A stretch of DNA of 64,000 bases from an uncultured virus (IMG/VR IMGVR_UViG_3300027779_000014) (IMGVR_UViG_3300027779_000014), one strand, 5' to 3'; counted from the stretch's first letter, positions 1 to 9,656 are shown. Notes: generated by a model from the sequence alone, not told the origin. A program made the numbers and translations.

Positions 1-3000
1 TTTCTGCGGCGGTTGATGTAACTCCGTCTAGGATATTGAGTTCTGCGGCTGTTGAAGTAACTGCAGCAAGTTTTGTGAAGTCTGCTTGGACTAATCCAGA
101 TACGCCATCGAGAAGATTTATTTCTGCGGCGGTAGATGTTACTCCGTCTAGGATATTGAGTTCTGCTGTAGTTACAGTAGCGCCATCGAGTATCTCTAGT
201 TCGGTTTCTGATATTCCAGCAGAACCTATTGTAATCGTGCCAGTGAAAGTAGGGTTTGCAATCGGGGCTTTTGCATCAATTTGTGTTTGAATTGCGGAAG
301 TTACGCCATCAACATAGTTCAATTCTGTCGCGGTTGCTGTGAGTGCTGCTAGTTTTGTGAAGTCTGCTTGGACTAATCCAGATACGCCATCGAGAAGATT
401 CAATTCTGCTGCTGTTGATGTAACACCGTCAAGGATATTGAGTTCTGCTGTGGTTGATGTAACTCCATCGAGTAAGTTTAATTCTGTCGGAGTTGATGTA
501 ATGAGTGGGCTTGTTCCTGGGTCTGCTTCGAAGGCAGCTAAGAATCCAATGTCTGCTGTGCCGCCCATATCAGGTAGTTTGTATGTGTGGTCAGCCGTAG
601 GATCGACAATGGTTAATGTTGTTTCGTGCGCGTCTGCGGAAGCGCCCTCGAACACGAAGGCATTCTCTACATTGACTTGAGTTTGATTAACAGTTGTCGT
701 AGTGCCTTGTACTACGAGATTTCCCGCTAATGTAACCGTTTTGTCAGAAGTAACCGTAACTGCTGTCGAAAGATTGTTTGCACTACTACCAGATGAGCCT
801 GCGGCTGCTGATACTTGTAGGACAATAGATCCTCCCGCGCCTGAACCTGTCCCTTGTCCTGCCGCTAGAGTTAGATTCTTACCTGCTGTATTAGTTCCAG
901 ATACGGCGGATGAACTAACTAGGTTGTTTGCTGAATTGGAAAATTTAACTGCAGATAAGACTGTCCCTCCAGTTAGGATGTCTAAAGTTGCTGCTGCCGT
1001 TAATAGGTTATTGTCGCTATCAGAATAAGAATCCCCTGAACTAAGTAATGTTTTTCCAGATACTATGTTTAATTGCGCTGCTGTTGCTGTGACACCGTCT
1101 AGTTTGTTGAGTTCTGCTGTAGTAACTGTCGCCCCTTCAAGAATACCTAGTTCTGTTTCAGATACATTTACCGAACCTATTCCGATTTCTCCTGTGAAAG
1201 TAGGATTTGCAATTAGTGATCTAAGTTCGATTGCAGTTTCATTAGATTGCAATGCTTGTTTGATAGTTCTACTATCTGCAATAGTTGAGCCTGTAAATGT
1301 CCCTAGATGAGTTGAACCCGACGATACACCAGAGAGAGATGCTAGGTTTGTTGCGATTGATGAACCTACATTTGACAGTACATCTGCGTCATTTAGGAAT
1401 GTTACAAGGTCTGAAATAGCAACTTGTTTCATTGTGCCTGCATCATTCGTCACGAAACGATCTGCTGCTACGAGAGTAGTGGATGTAGCGCCCGTATCTC
1501 CATCGATTATGTTGAGTTCTGCTGTAGTTACAGTAGCGCCATCTAGTATCTCTAGTTCGGTTTCCGATATTCCAGCAGAACCTATTGTAATCGTGCCAGT
1601 GAAAGTAGGGTTTGCAGTCGGGGCTTTTGCAGCAATTTGTGTTTGTATAGCAGAAGTTACGCCATCAACATAGTTCAATTCTGTCGCGGTTGCTGTGAGT
1701 GCTGCTAGTTTTGTGAAATCCGCCTGGACTAATCCAGATACGCCATCGAGAAGATTTAATTCTGCTGCGGTAGATGTAACTCCGTCAAGGATATTGAGTT
1801 CTGCTGTGGTTGATGTAACTCCATCGAGAAGATTTAATTCTGCGGCTGTTGAAGTGACCCCATCAAGGATATTGAGTTCTGCTGTGGTTGATGTAACTCC
1901 ATCGAGAAGATTTAATTCTGCGGCTGTTGAAGTGACCCCATCAAGGATATTGAGTTCTGCGGTAGTTGATGTAACACCGTCAAGGATATTGAGTTCTGCG
2001 GTAGTTACAGTAGCACCATCTATAATTTCTAGTTCAGCCTCATTTATGGCCGCTGAACCTATTGTTATTCCTGTTCCAGTAATTACTCCACTTGAAGTAA
2101 CTGCGCCAGAATTGATTGTCCCAACACCAGACATATTGTTGCTAGTGTCTGCGATAGTGATTCCAGTTGATTGGAGACCCCTTCCTGTCCCGTCTGATCT
2201 GATTAGCCTGTTATCTGTACCAAAGGCGCTTTCGGCGGCTACGGAGTTTCCTCCACCTCCTACATTTGACAGTACATCTGCGTCATTTAGGAATGTTACA
2301 AGGTCTGAAATAGCAACTTGTTTCATTGTGCCTGCATCATTCGTCACGAAGCGGTCTGCTGCTACGAGAGTAGTGGATGTAGCGCTCGTATCTCCATCGA
2401 TTATGTTTATTTCTGCTGTAGTTGCCGTTACACCATCCATTATCGAAAGTTCTGCCGTGGATGCTAATATCCCATCTAGTACATTTAATTCGTTAGTAGA
2501 AAGAGTTGCACCATCGAGAATGTTGAGTTCTGCTGTAGTTGAAGTCATGTTTGCAAGGACATTTAGTTCACTAGTAGTTGTCGTTAAACCATCTAATACA
2601 TTCATTTCACCTGTAGAAAGAGTTGCACCATCGAGAATGTTGAGTTCTGCTGCTGTAGAAGTCATTGAGGTATTACCTATTTTGAAAGGAGTAGGAATTG
2701 TAACTGTTCCAGTAAAGGTTGGCCCTGAGCTTGAAACTTTTGCGTTTAGTTGAGTTTGAATGTTAGAAGTTACACCGTCTGTGTAGTTTAATTCCGCTGT
2801 CGTGGAAGATAAACCTGCGATTTTATTGAGTTCTGCTGTCGTTGTAGTGACTCCGTCTAGGATATTCAACTCTCCAGCAGTAGATGTTACGGCTGTGCTT
2901 GCTATCTGTAAGGATCCCGCAGGTATGTTTACTGCTCCTGTGAATGTTGCGCCAGATTTTGATGCTTTAGCGTTTAATTGGGTTTGGATGTTTGAAGTTA

Positions 3001-3690
3001 CGCCATCAGTATAGTTCAGTTCTGCAGTAGTCGAAGTGACTCCATCCATCAGATTTAATTCGGCTAATGTGGCAGTTAATCCTGAAATAGCACTACTTGG
3101 TGAGCCTGCGGCAGTAACAGATAGTACAGAGGCATCGTTTAGGTATGTTACAAGGTCGCTTATTGCCACCTGTTTCATCGTACCTGCATCATTGTAAACA
3201 AGTCTGTCGCCTGCCGCTACGGTTGTTGAACTGGCAGATGTATTTCCATCTAAGATATCAAGTTCTGCTGCACTTACGCCCGTTGCCGCTAGATCTTTAG
3301 CGAAGTTTAGGTCTGCGGCGGAGCCAGTAAATCCGTCAAGTTTGTTGAGTTCCGTAGTAGTGGCAGTGACTCCATCCATCAGATTTAATTCTGATGTGGT
3401 TGCTGTTATCCCATCGAGTGTATTTAATTCGGTTACTGTGGCAGTTAAGCCTGAAATACTATTTAGATTAGCAGTGGTACCTGTGAAGCCATCTAGTTTA
3501 TTGATTTCTGCTGCGGTAGATGTTACTCCATCGAGAATATTCAATTCCGCAGTAGTAGATGTTACTCCATCGAGAAGATTTATTTCTGCCGCAGTTGAAG
3601 TTACTCCGTCAAGGATATTGAGTTCTGCAGTAGTAGATGTTACTCCATCGAGAAGATTTATTTCTGCCGCAGTTGAAGTTACTGCAGTAC
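1..3690 (-). repeat. 39-bp (13-aa) degenerate tandem repeats plus two larger internal duplications in the fibre gene
   Basis: Repeated units such as gatgtaactccgtcaaggatattgagttctgc. Block ~155-470 is near-identical to ~1511-1828 (offset 1356), and block ~1365-1520 to ~2259-2415 (offset 894). Confidence 0.9.
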
Positions 3691-4261
3691 CTCCTATTGC
3701 GAATCCTTGAGATAAATTAGGTGTCCCTGTTATTGTAGGACTTGCTGCGTCCGCCTTCGAATTAATTAGATTAGTAACTGATGTGGCAAAATTAGCATCA
3801 TCGCCAAGTGCAGCCGCTAATTCATCTAGAGTATTCAGTAATGATGGAGCACCGTTGGTGAGGGCGGTTATTGCTGAGGCGTTTGTTGCAACTCCACCTA
3901 AAGTCGTAGCTACATCAGAGAAACCTGGGATTGCAACATTTCCAGTAAATGTTGGCGCATTCTTCGGCGCATTAGATCCGACTTGAGATAAGACTGTGGC
4001 TACATTTGAATGACCTGGTACCGCTACCGTTCCGGAGAATGTAGGATTTGCGAGTGGTGCGTAGGCATTCCCAATTGCTGTGGCTGTTAAGTACCCCTTT
4101 GCAATTATCCGGTCATCAGTAGATGCTGCCGTCATCAAGATAGTATTTGAATCTGTAAATGACTCAGATGATATCTGTATTGCCGATGAGGCGAAGTTTG
4201 AAACTGAAAGGCCAGATATATCGCTTGCATCCGTTTGCGGTGCTGAATAATTAGATGGCAC
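1..4261 (-). CDS. Long repeat-rich fibre/spike protein, >1400 aa, runs off the left edge (absent from the ORF track)
   Basis: GTG at 4261 (MPSNYSAPQTDASDISG...) is in the same frame as codons at the window start. Contains the fibre motif GAPSLLNTLDELAAALGDDANFATSVTN, many 13-aa VTSTAAELNILDG repeats, NDAGTMKQVAISDLVT blocks and FVFEGASADAHETTLTIVDPTADHTYKLPD. The + strand ORFs here are its antisense shadows. Confidence 0.85.
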   Translation of the reverse strand, partial: MPSNYSAPQTDASDISGLSVSNFASSAIQISSESFTDSNTILMTAASTDDRIIAKGYLTATAIGNAYAPLANPTFSGTVAVPGHSNVATVLSQVGSNAPKNAPTFTGNVAIPGFSDVATTLGGVATNASAITALTNGAPSLLNTLDELAAALGDDANFATSVTNLINSKADAASPTITGTPNLSQGFAIGGTAVTSTAAEINLLDGVTSTTAELNILDGVTSTAAEINLLDGVTSTTAELNILDGVTSTAAEINKLDGFTGTTANLNSISGLTATVTELNTLDGITATTSELNLMDGVTATTTELNKLDGFTGSAADLNFAKDLAATGVSAAELDILDGNTSASSTTVAAGDRLVYNDAGTMKQVAISDLVTYLNDASVLSVTAAGSPSSAISGLTATLAELNLMDGVTSTTAELNYTDGVTSNIQTQLNAKASKSGATFTGAVNIPAGSLQIASTAVTSTAGELNILDGVTTTTAELNKIAGLSSTTAELNYTDGVTSNIQTQLNAKVSSSGPTFTGTVTIPTPFKIGNTSMTSTAAELNILDGATLSTGEMNVLDGLTTTTSELNVLANMTSTTAELNILDGATLSTNELNVLDGILASTAELSIMDGVTATTAEINIIDGDTSATSTTLVAADRFVTNDAGTMKQVAISDLVTFLNDADVLSNVGGGGNSVAAESAFGTDNRLIRSDGTGRGLQSTGITIADTSNNMSGVGTINSGAVTSSGVITGTGITIGSAAINEAELEIIDGATVTTAELNILDGVTSTTAELNILDGVTSTAAELNLLDGVTSTTAELNILDGVTSTAAELNLLDGVTSTTAELNILDGVTSTAAELNLLDGVSGLVQADFTKLAALTATATELNYVDGVTSAIQTQIAAKAPTANPTFTGTITIGSAGISETELEILDGATVTTAELNIIDGDTGATSTTLVAADRFVTNDAGTMKQVAISDLVTFLNDADVLSNVGSSIATNLASLSGVSSGSTHLGTFTGSTIADSRTIKQALQSNETAIELRSLIANPTFTGEIGIGSVNVSETELGILEGATVTTAELNKLDGVTATAAQLNIVSGKTLLSSGDSYSDSDNNLLTAAATLDILTGGTVLSAVKFSNSANNLVSSSAVSGTNTAGKNLTLAAGQGTGSGAGGSIVLQVSAAAGSSGSSANNLSTAVTVTSDKTVTLAGNLVVQGTTTTVNQTQVNVENAFVFEGASADAHETTLTIVDPTADHTYKLPDMGGTADIGFLAAFEADPGTSPLITSTPTELNLLDGVTSTTAELNILDGVTSTAAELNLLDGVSGLVQADFTKLAALTATATELNYVDGVTSAIQTQIDAKAPIANPTFTGTITIGSAGISETELEILDGATVTTAELNILDGVTSTAAEINLLDGVSGLVQADFTKLAAVTSTAAELNILDGVTSTAAE

Positions 4262-4268
4262 TGGTTAT

Positions 4269-4556
4269 TCAACTCCCAATCGTATGCAACTTTTGACCGC
4301 TAGAGCCACTAATTGCAAAGACCAGGTTCGAGTTAGATATTTTCAGAGTGATTGAAGCACCTGCAACCATTGGATACCCATTGCTTACAGTTACCGACGC
4401 TGAATTACCCAGGAACAAGGTCGCTGAATTGCCCGCATCCGCTAGAAATGTTAGAGAGTCAGCAGGTGAAGAAGATGCGCAGGCCGCTGCAGTAGTCCCT
4501 ACTGTGGTTTGAAATTGCACAACCGCGTCAGGAAGACCACCAAAAACTCCACTCAT
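4269..4556 (-). CDS. Small beta-rich virion protein (vertex/spike-adaptor-like)
   Basis: 95 aa of alternating beta-strand pattern (LFLGNSASVTVSNGYPMVAGASITLKISN), directly upstream of the fibre gene, with a GAGGTGA SD. Confidence 0.6.
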   Translation of the reverse strand: MSGVFGGLPDAVVQFQTTVGTTAAACASSSPADSLTFLADAGNSATLFLGNSASVTVSNGYPMVAGASITLKISNSNLVFAISGSSGQKLHTIGS

Positions 4557-4561
4557 TCATT

Positions 4562-5143
4562 TCACCTCAATAGTTTTTTCTGATACCTAACAACTTCAAC
4601 GAGTTCGACTGTAAGATTTGCCGCCGCGTCTGTGTTAGAAATTACTAATCTTATTCTTCGATTGTGAGGGAATGCATCATTCCCCCTGAATAGTGCTACC
4701 TTTTCATCAGTTTTGTCTACTGTAAGATGCCACATCCCTGGAATGTCAGATGGAAGGTTTAGATCAGTGAGGACATCAAGTGTTAAATTCTTAACTCCTG
4801 AATCGGTTCCCCCTTGAGCATAATCATCTAATTGAAGATATACTGCTAACTTACCTGCACTTGCTGTTGAACCAGTATTTGCCTTTATTACGGCATAATT
4901 TAACATTCCAGATTCTTTTTCATCAATTATAGTCAGAGTTTCGCCAGGAGTTAGAGTTAGGTTGTCCCTTCGTGTTGATATGTACCGATCTTGGTTTCCT
5001 TCTGCTGGAGTATCTTTGGTTGCAATTCCTTGTGCGCTTGGACCCTCTGATGGCATACCAGGAATACTAATGATAGATGGTTCATCAGGAGTTCCGATGA
5101 TGTTTGTTACTCCATCTGCACCTAGTTCTATCCAGTCATCCAT
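4562..5143 (-). CDS. Putative beta-sandwich structural protein (penton-like)
   Basis: 193 aa, beta-rich C-terminal two-thirds, TAATG overlap with the upstream gene, located in the structural operon. Confidence 0.55.
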   Translation of the reverse strand: MDDWIELGADGVTNIIGTPDEPSIISIPGMPSEGPSAQGIATKDTPAEGNQDRYISTRRDNLTLTPGETLTIIDEKESGMLNYAVIKANTGSTASAGKLAVYLQLDDYAQGGTDSGVKNLTLDVLTDLNLPSDIPGMWHLTVDKTDEKVALFRGNDAFPHNRRIRLVISNTDAAANLTVELVEVVRYQKKLLR

Positions 5144-6510
5144 TACTTATACCCCCTGTGTTGGTTCCGTGGGTCTTCCGCCCCACCTGATTCCCTTGAG
5201 CCGGTGGTGCCGTATAGTATATTCCTTGTCTGAGCAGATGTTTGTTCGGTTGCTCTCTTATAATCCTCTAGTGATAATTTCTTACCTCTATTTTGCTCAA
5301 CAAGTTCTCTCCAGCCCTGTGTAGGAGCACTTCTACCATCTCCTTGTGCGTTCATCCTAGTGAAAGCAGTTGGTATAATTTCGTATTTGAACTTTCCAGA
5401 TTTTCTGATCATATTTCGGAGTTCTCTTTCAGGGACAGGGCGCATACGGTATTTCCAACCTATGAATGAAATGTATGGAGCGATTAATGGCATATTCGTA
5501 TGCCTGTTCATCATTTGGAATTCTGCAGCGTCTTCCTCACCTGCACCTACCCAAATGTCAAAATGCGGATTCATGTCTGATTCCGAGCTAGTGTGAACTT
5601 CAATTATTCCGCTTTTCCCTTGTAGGACCTTATCGGAACCAGTATTCATGACATTTACTTCATCTGCCGCGAAGCGAACTACTCCTTTCGGCTGTAAAAC
5701 TCTTAGTGATGGCCCAATCACACCTACAAGAGTATGTTTTGTCTTTGTACCTATCTGATCTCCATCTACTGATTTGTTCCCACCTGTGTTGGCTATAACT
5801 GCCACTAGATCTTCGTATTCGTGATTTTGCATAGAAGTTGCACTTCCAGTTCTTGCTATGAAAGTCGGATGCTCCGAGACTCCCATCGATAAATGATATA
5901 CAGGTATGTCCGAACTTGAACCAGGTATAGTTGGCTCCAACATATCTATTGAAAGTGATTCAATAACTGCTGCGCCTGCGCCTGTGGTGGCTTTTGGGAG
6001 CCTTAACATCAATGCCTCGTCTCCAACTTTTATCCTGTCAGTAACAATAGTTTCCACTATAGATAGCACCGAACCTGAATCAGAACCTAGATTCCCGCCA
6101 CTTACTCCATCTACAGTTACATGTTGTGTTTCTTGCCTGTAAGTTTGAGCGCCTAGAATAAACTGATCACCCACTACTGGCGTTATTGCAGATAGGTCAA
6201 GACCTAGACTATTAGCTCCTAAACTGTTGTTATCTGCTAATGCAACTGTAACTGCTGCTGCCGATACCGCAGTTATAGTGCATGGAATACCAAAGAAGTG
6301 CCTGACTGAAATAGGTTCAGCAGAAACTACTCTGTGTAAACCTGAATCCATCATTACGAGTTTTCCTGATTGGAACCTTCTGTCCATGTAATTACCGGAC
6401 ATCCTTGATACTCTGCCCAAGTGTGGGCTTCTACCCACTTCTTCGGCGGAACGGACATGCCCAGGCATCTGTTTGGACTTAGTTCCTAAATTTGCTGGGG
6501 TTAGTGACAC
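5143..6510 (-). CDS. Putative jelly-roll capsid protein, paralogue of 6523..7302 with insertions
   Basis: Shares blocks with the neighbouring gene: PKGVVRFAADE/PAGIARWSADE, SGIIEVHTS..DMNPHFDIWV/TGFIDVNSS..DPNPNFAIWI, PYISFIGWKYRM/PVIHLTGFKARL. Confidence 0.55.
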   Translation of the reverse strand: MSLTPANLGTKSKQMPGHVRSAEEVGRSPHLGRVSRMSGNYMDRRFQSGKLVMMDSGLHRVVSAEPISVRHFFGIPCTITAVSAAAVTVALADNNSLGANSLGLDLSAITPVVGDQFILGAQTYRQETQHVTVDGVSGGNLGSDSGSVLSIVETIVTDRIKVGDEALMLRLPKATTGAGAAVIESLSIDMLEPTIPGSSSDIPVYHLSMGVSEHPTFIARTGSATSMQNHEYEDLVAVIANTGGNKSVDGDQIGTKTKHTLVGVIGPSLRVLQPKGVVRFAADEVNVMNTGSDKVLQGKSGIIEVHTSSESDMNPHFDIWVGAGEEDAAEFQMMNRHTNMPLIAPYISFIGWKYRMRPVPERELRNMIRKSGKFKYEIIPTAFTRMNAQGDGRSAPTQGWRELVEQNRGKKLSLEDYKRATEQTSAQTRNILYGTTGSRESGGAEDPRNQHRGYK

Positions 6511-6522
6511 TTACTTCTCCCC

Positions 6523-7302
6523 CTATATCATGTTAGGGGATCCGCCTGTCTCTGCTGTAATTGCACCTGCATAGGGAAGACCCTGGGGCACTATTAGTTT
6601 GTAAACAAGTCTCCCGCCGTTAATCCTTCGAGCCTCTTCTATATCTGAAGGACTCATTTGCTTCAATCTAGCCTTGAATCCTGTTAAGTGAATAACTGGG
6701 TAGTAAAGTGGTTCTCCAGTATCATTCAAGAACCTGAAATTAGGTAACATAGATTCAGAAGATTCAATCCAGATAGCGAAGTTTGGATTTGGATCGTCTA
6801 CTGGACTTGAATTGACATCGATGAATCCAGTCTTGTCGTTCTCTGGTGCTTCGTCAGCACTCCAGCGAGCAATTCCCGCTGGGTGTTTCAAGAATACTTT
6901 ACCAGATATATCTCCAACATGAGTCCTAGATGCTCCACCTATTGATTGAGTTGATGAAACAGTGACTACTGTTGTATCGTTAGGAAAACCTACTCCATCG
7001 TATGTTCCGCTTCGCGAAATAAACTTTGGCTGCCTGTATAGGGCAGGTACGAGACAGTACAGATGATTCCTGAAAGGTTCTAGGTCTTCATCTTCGAAGT
7101 ATCCGCTATCATATGCGTCGTCTACTTCTGTTCCGTTCGTATTTCCTTGAGCTGTTACTACCAGATCGTATGTAAGTCCTTCCACAGAATCTACTGCGTA
7201 AAACTTACCACGAAGCTTGATTATATAACCAGGCTTCAAGGTGTTTTCCATGGGGTTATATCCCCTTACCGTTGGGCTTCTTCCAAATTGCACTCTTGCC
7301 AT
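6523..7302 (-). CDS. Putative jelly-roll capsid protein
   Basis: 259 aa, beta-rich, paralogous to 5143..6510, AGGAG SD upstream. Confidence 0.55.
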   Translation of the reverse strand: MARVQFGRSPTVRGYNPMENTLKPGYIIKLRGKFYAVDSVEGLTYDLVVTAQGNTNGTEVDDAYDSGYFEDEDLEPFRNHLYCLVPALYRQPKFISRSGTYDGVGFPNDTTVVTVSSTQSIGGASRTHVGDISGKVFLKHPAGIARWSADEAPENDKTGFIDVNSSPVDDPNPNFAIWIESSESMLPNFRFLNDTGEPLYYPVIHLTGFKARLKQMSPSDIEEARRINGGRLVYKLIVPQGLPYAGAITAETGGSPNMI

Positions 7303-7328
7303 TTTCTTTTTCTCCTTTTATGTGTATA

Positions 7329-7577
7329 TTAATTTATTGAATGTAATATTGATGCTCCACCTATCATGGCTAGTGCCATCATGCCGTAGTCTCCTTTGGC
7401 TGCGTCGGTGGAATATGCGTTGTAAATTAGGCCAGTTGCTATTATAACACCCAATAGGCCTGATGCTGGATTTCGGATTGGGCTTCCGTAGCCTGCTAAC
7501 TTCTCACCAGGTAATGTAGTCCTAAGTTGAGAATTATTTGTTCCTTGAAGCATAGCCTCGTAATCTGTTGTTTGCAT
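7329..7577 (-). CDS. Small membrane protein (2 hydrophobic segments)
   Basis: GLLGVIIATGLIY and MMALAMIGGASIL; TGATG overlap with the upstream gene. Confidence 0.7.
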   Translation of the reverse strand: MQTTDYEAMLQGTNNSQLRTTLPGEKLAGYGSPIRNPASGLLGVIIATGLIYNAYSTDAAKGDYGMMALAMIGGASILHSIN

Positions 7578-7903
7578 CAGGGCATCACTCCTTTAACAAT
7601 TTCTTGAGCCCCCTTAAATGTGGCTTCTGGTACTTTAGTTACTATACTTTGATTCTTTCTTTTCATTATTTTGTCCACGACTCCCTTGGCCTTGGGCATT
7701 GTTCTTGACACACCATATACTATTGCGTATGTCGTAAGTATTGTTCCGATCCCTGCTATGAAGGAACTTCCATCTAATGAAGTTTGATTTGATGCATTAG
7801 CATTATCGGAACCTAATCCTCCATGCCAACGAATTGAGCCACCTCGGCGGCGGGGTGTAACTGTACCCCCAATTCCGCCACCGAAGAAGTTTGTGTCATT
7901 CAT
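7577..7903 (-). CDS. Small membrane protein
   Basis: Gly-rich N-terminus and TM segment FIAGIGTILTTYAIVYGV. Confidence 0.7.
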   Translation of the reverse strand: MNDTNFFGGGIGGTVTPRRRGGSIRWHGGLGSDNANASNQTSLDGSSFIAGIGTILTTYAIVYGVSRTMPKAKGVVDKIMKRKNQSIVTKVPEATFKGAQEIVKGVMP

Positions 7904-7914
7904 TTTCCCACCCT

Positions 7915-8280
7915 TTACTTTATACTGCGACTATATGCAAAACCAAGTACAAGGGCAAGTGCTCCTACTGCCTTACCTTTAGAAACAGTTCCGAAGAACG
8001 GTAAGCTGAAAGTACCTCTTCCGAAAGCAACTGAATTAATTGCTTTCAAAGGGCCGTTGTTTGCAGGTCCCTGGTTAACAGGTCCCTGGTTTACTTGATT
8101 CACTGCTTGATTCACATTACCGAATGCGTGATTATCGAATTGGGCCATATATCCAGTTCTGCCGCCAGCATATCCGAGAGATCCGAAGCCATGCGACATA
8201 TTGCCTGCCATAGCCTGATTTCCCATATTGCCTGTACGGCCACCTGGGTAGCCTAATCCTCCTGCTCTAATTCCGTCCAT
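7915..8280 (-). CDS. Gly/Asn/Gln-rich protein with C-terminal membrane anchor
   Basis: LGYPGGRTGNM/LGYAGGRTGYM internal repeat and C-terminal AVGALALVLGFAY. Confidence 0.7.
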   Translation of the reverse strand: MDGIRAGGLGYPGGRTGNMGNQAMAGNMSHGFGSLGYAGGRTGYMAQFDNHAFGNVNQAVNQVNQGPVNQGPANNGPLKAINSVAFGRGTFSLPFFGTVSKGKAVGALALVLGFAYSRSIK

Positions 8281-8296
8281 AATAATATATCTCCAT

Positions 8297-8340
8297 CAAG
8301 CTCAACTCAAGGACCGCAAGGATCCGAGAGATGATGCTTG
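8297..8340. other. Imperfect intergenic stem-loop
   Basis: CAAGC-TCA-ACTC-AAGGA-CC-GCAA-GG-ATCC-GAGAG-ATGA-TGCTTG fills most of the spacer between two structural genes. Confidence 0.5.
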
Positions 8341-8347
8341 AATGTAA

Positions 8348-8869
8348 TCAGAGGTTGCTGCGTGCGTGAGCGTATACAATCAATCTGTATGTGTCTGTAG
8401 CGCTGACTGGGGTCGCTGCTGTGCCGTCGTCAGGATCGGTCATCGTTACTAGTAGGTTGACTGTTCCGCCATCGATTGACTTCACTGATACTGAACCTGC
8501 GGTGTCGTATACTGGTGTTGCACCGCCGCCGTCGTCCCAGGCAATACTTCCGTGTGCTCCAACGATATCTAAATCGTCTTTGCCGTCACCTGCTCCGAAT
8601 ACTACAGTCACAGGGCTACCTGCGGCTGCTACTGTACCCAATACTAGGGAACCTGCTCCTGCTACGACTGAAAATGGGGCCTTGCTGGTGACAGCGAGAG
8701 ATCCTACATTTGCGCTTGCAGTACCTTCTCCATTAATGAAGAAGGCATCTGTAGCGGTATACAACCCAGTAACATGCAGCAGGTGTAGGGTTGGCTTTGA
8801 ACCAGTAGCTAATTCGTAGCCACCGATTGCGCTTTGTGCTAGAGTTCCTTGGTCGCCCATTTTACTCAC
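8348..8869 (-). CDS. Beta-rich virion protein adjacent to the MCP candidate
   Basis: 173 aa, Gly/Ala/Thr/Val-rich, AGGTGAG SD. Confidence 0.65.
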   Translation of the reverse strand: MSKMGDQGTLAQSAIGGYELATGSKPTLHLLHVTGLYTATDAFFINGEGTASANVGSLAVTSKAPFSVVAGAGSLVLGTVAAAGSPVTVVFGAGDGKDDLDIVGAHGSIAWDDGGGATPVYDTAGSVSVKSIDGGTVNLLVTMTDPDDGTAATPVSATDTYRLIVYAHARSNL

Positions 8870-8894
8870 CTATTCCTGTCTAAACCCAAAGGGT

Positions 8895-9488
8895 TCAGTT
8901 TAGCTCTCCACTGCTAGTAGTTTGTTGAATTAATTCGTGATGTTGGCCGACTACTAAGCCGACAACTCTGATCTTCTCTGCTGACATTGCAGTTGAAGCC
9001 TGGCGTGTTCTTACATCCCATGCGATAGTTTTCTCTGGTTCCACTACAAGCGGTTCAGAGTAATATACTAGAGGTTCTTCTAGAACACTCATTATTGAAT
9101 TTTCTATCACAGGAGTAGTAATCCCAGCGATTGACCATTGTGTTTCTACAATGTTCAGAGGATTAACTGCATATTGAAGACCTTGCATCATAACATATAA
9201 TTCTTCAAGAGTCTTGAAATCAAGAGCCTTGGAGATCCATCCGTTAGATGCGGAAGTCTTGCTTCCAGTTGTACCGATTGAAGTATTTGGAATTTGCCAA
9301 ACACCTTGGGTATCTAATATAGACATGTGATCTGCGCGTAGTCCGCCTGTTCCATATTCTCCCTTGGCCCAAACGCCACGGTTTTTCCCTCCCCAGTTAG
9401 GATATGCGTACGCAATAAATCCATTTATCTGGTCGAGGTAGTCTGCTATTAATGCTGCTGGTCTATCAAAATATACTTTCCATTCCAT
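8895..9488 (-). CDS. Putative single jelly-roll major capsid protein (Halopanivirales/P23-77 VP16-VP17-like)
   Basis: 197 aa. The pattern GLRADH...W...WIS...LYVMMQGLQY...EEPLVYYSEPLVVEPEKTIAWDV...KIRVVGLVVG resembles vertical SJR MCPs as I recall them. First gene of the structural operon, with a strong SD (GGAAGGT). Confidence 0.6.
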   Translation of the reverse strand: MEWKVYFDRPAALIADYLDQINGFIAYAYPNWGGKNRGVWAKGEYGTGGLRADHMSILDTQGVWQIPNTSIGTTGSKTSASNGWISKALDFKTLEELYVMMQGLQYAVNPLNIVETQWSIAGITTPVIENSIMSVLEEPLVYYSEPLVVEPEKTIAWDVRTRQASTAMSAEKIRVVGLVVGQHHELIQQTTSSGELN

Positions 9489-9571
9489 TGTTTTTACCTT
9501 CCTTTTTTTGTGTGCGACTGTTGCCGCTAAACCAATCCACTCACCATCCCTATATCAACGAGGGTAGCCCA

Positions 9572-9607
9572 TTGTAGGCAAGTCGTGGAACTTTGTAGGC
9601 AAGTCGT
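9572..9607. promoter_or_regulatory. 15-bp direct repeat TTGTAGGCAAGTCGT x2 (21-bp period) between divergent genes
   Basis: Copies at 9572-9586 and 9593-9607, between the MCP candidate and an RHH gene. Confidence 0.65.
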
Positions 9608-9627
9608 AGTCAATCGTTCCGATTTGT

Positions 9628-9638
9628 TCAAACGGCAA
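9628..9638 (+). promoter_or_regulatory. Class-B promoter motif TCAAACGGCAA
   Basis: Lies 18 nt before the in-frame GTG at 9657; same motif and spacing as other copies. Confidence 0.7.
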
Positions 9639-9656
9639 TGACCAGTGACCCCCTTT

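Noticed and set aside
1..3690. Regular 39-bp repeats as a CRISPR array
   Set aside because: Degenerate mainly at third codon positions, no unique spacers, and in frame within a protein.
36..3986. Series of + strand Ser/Val/Ala-rich ORFs in the track
   Set aside because: Antisense shadows of the repeat fibre gene on the minus strand.
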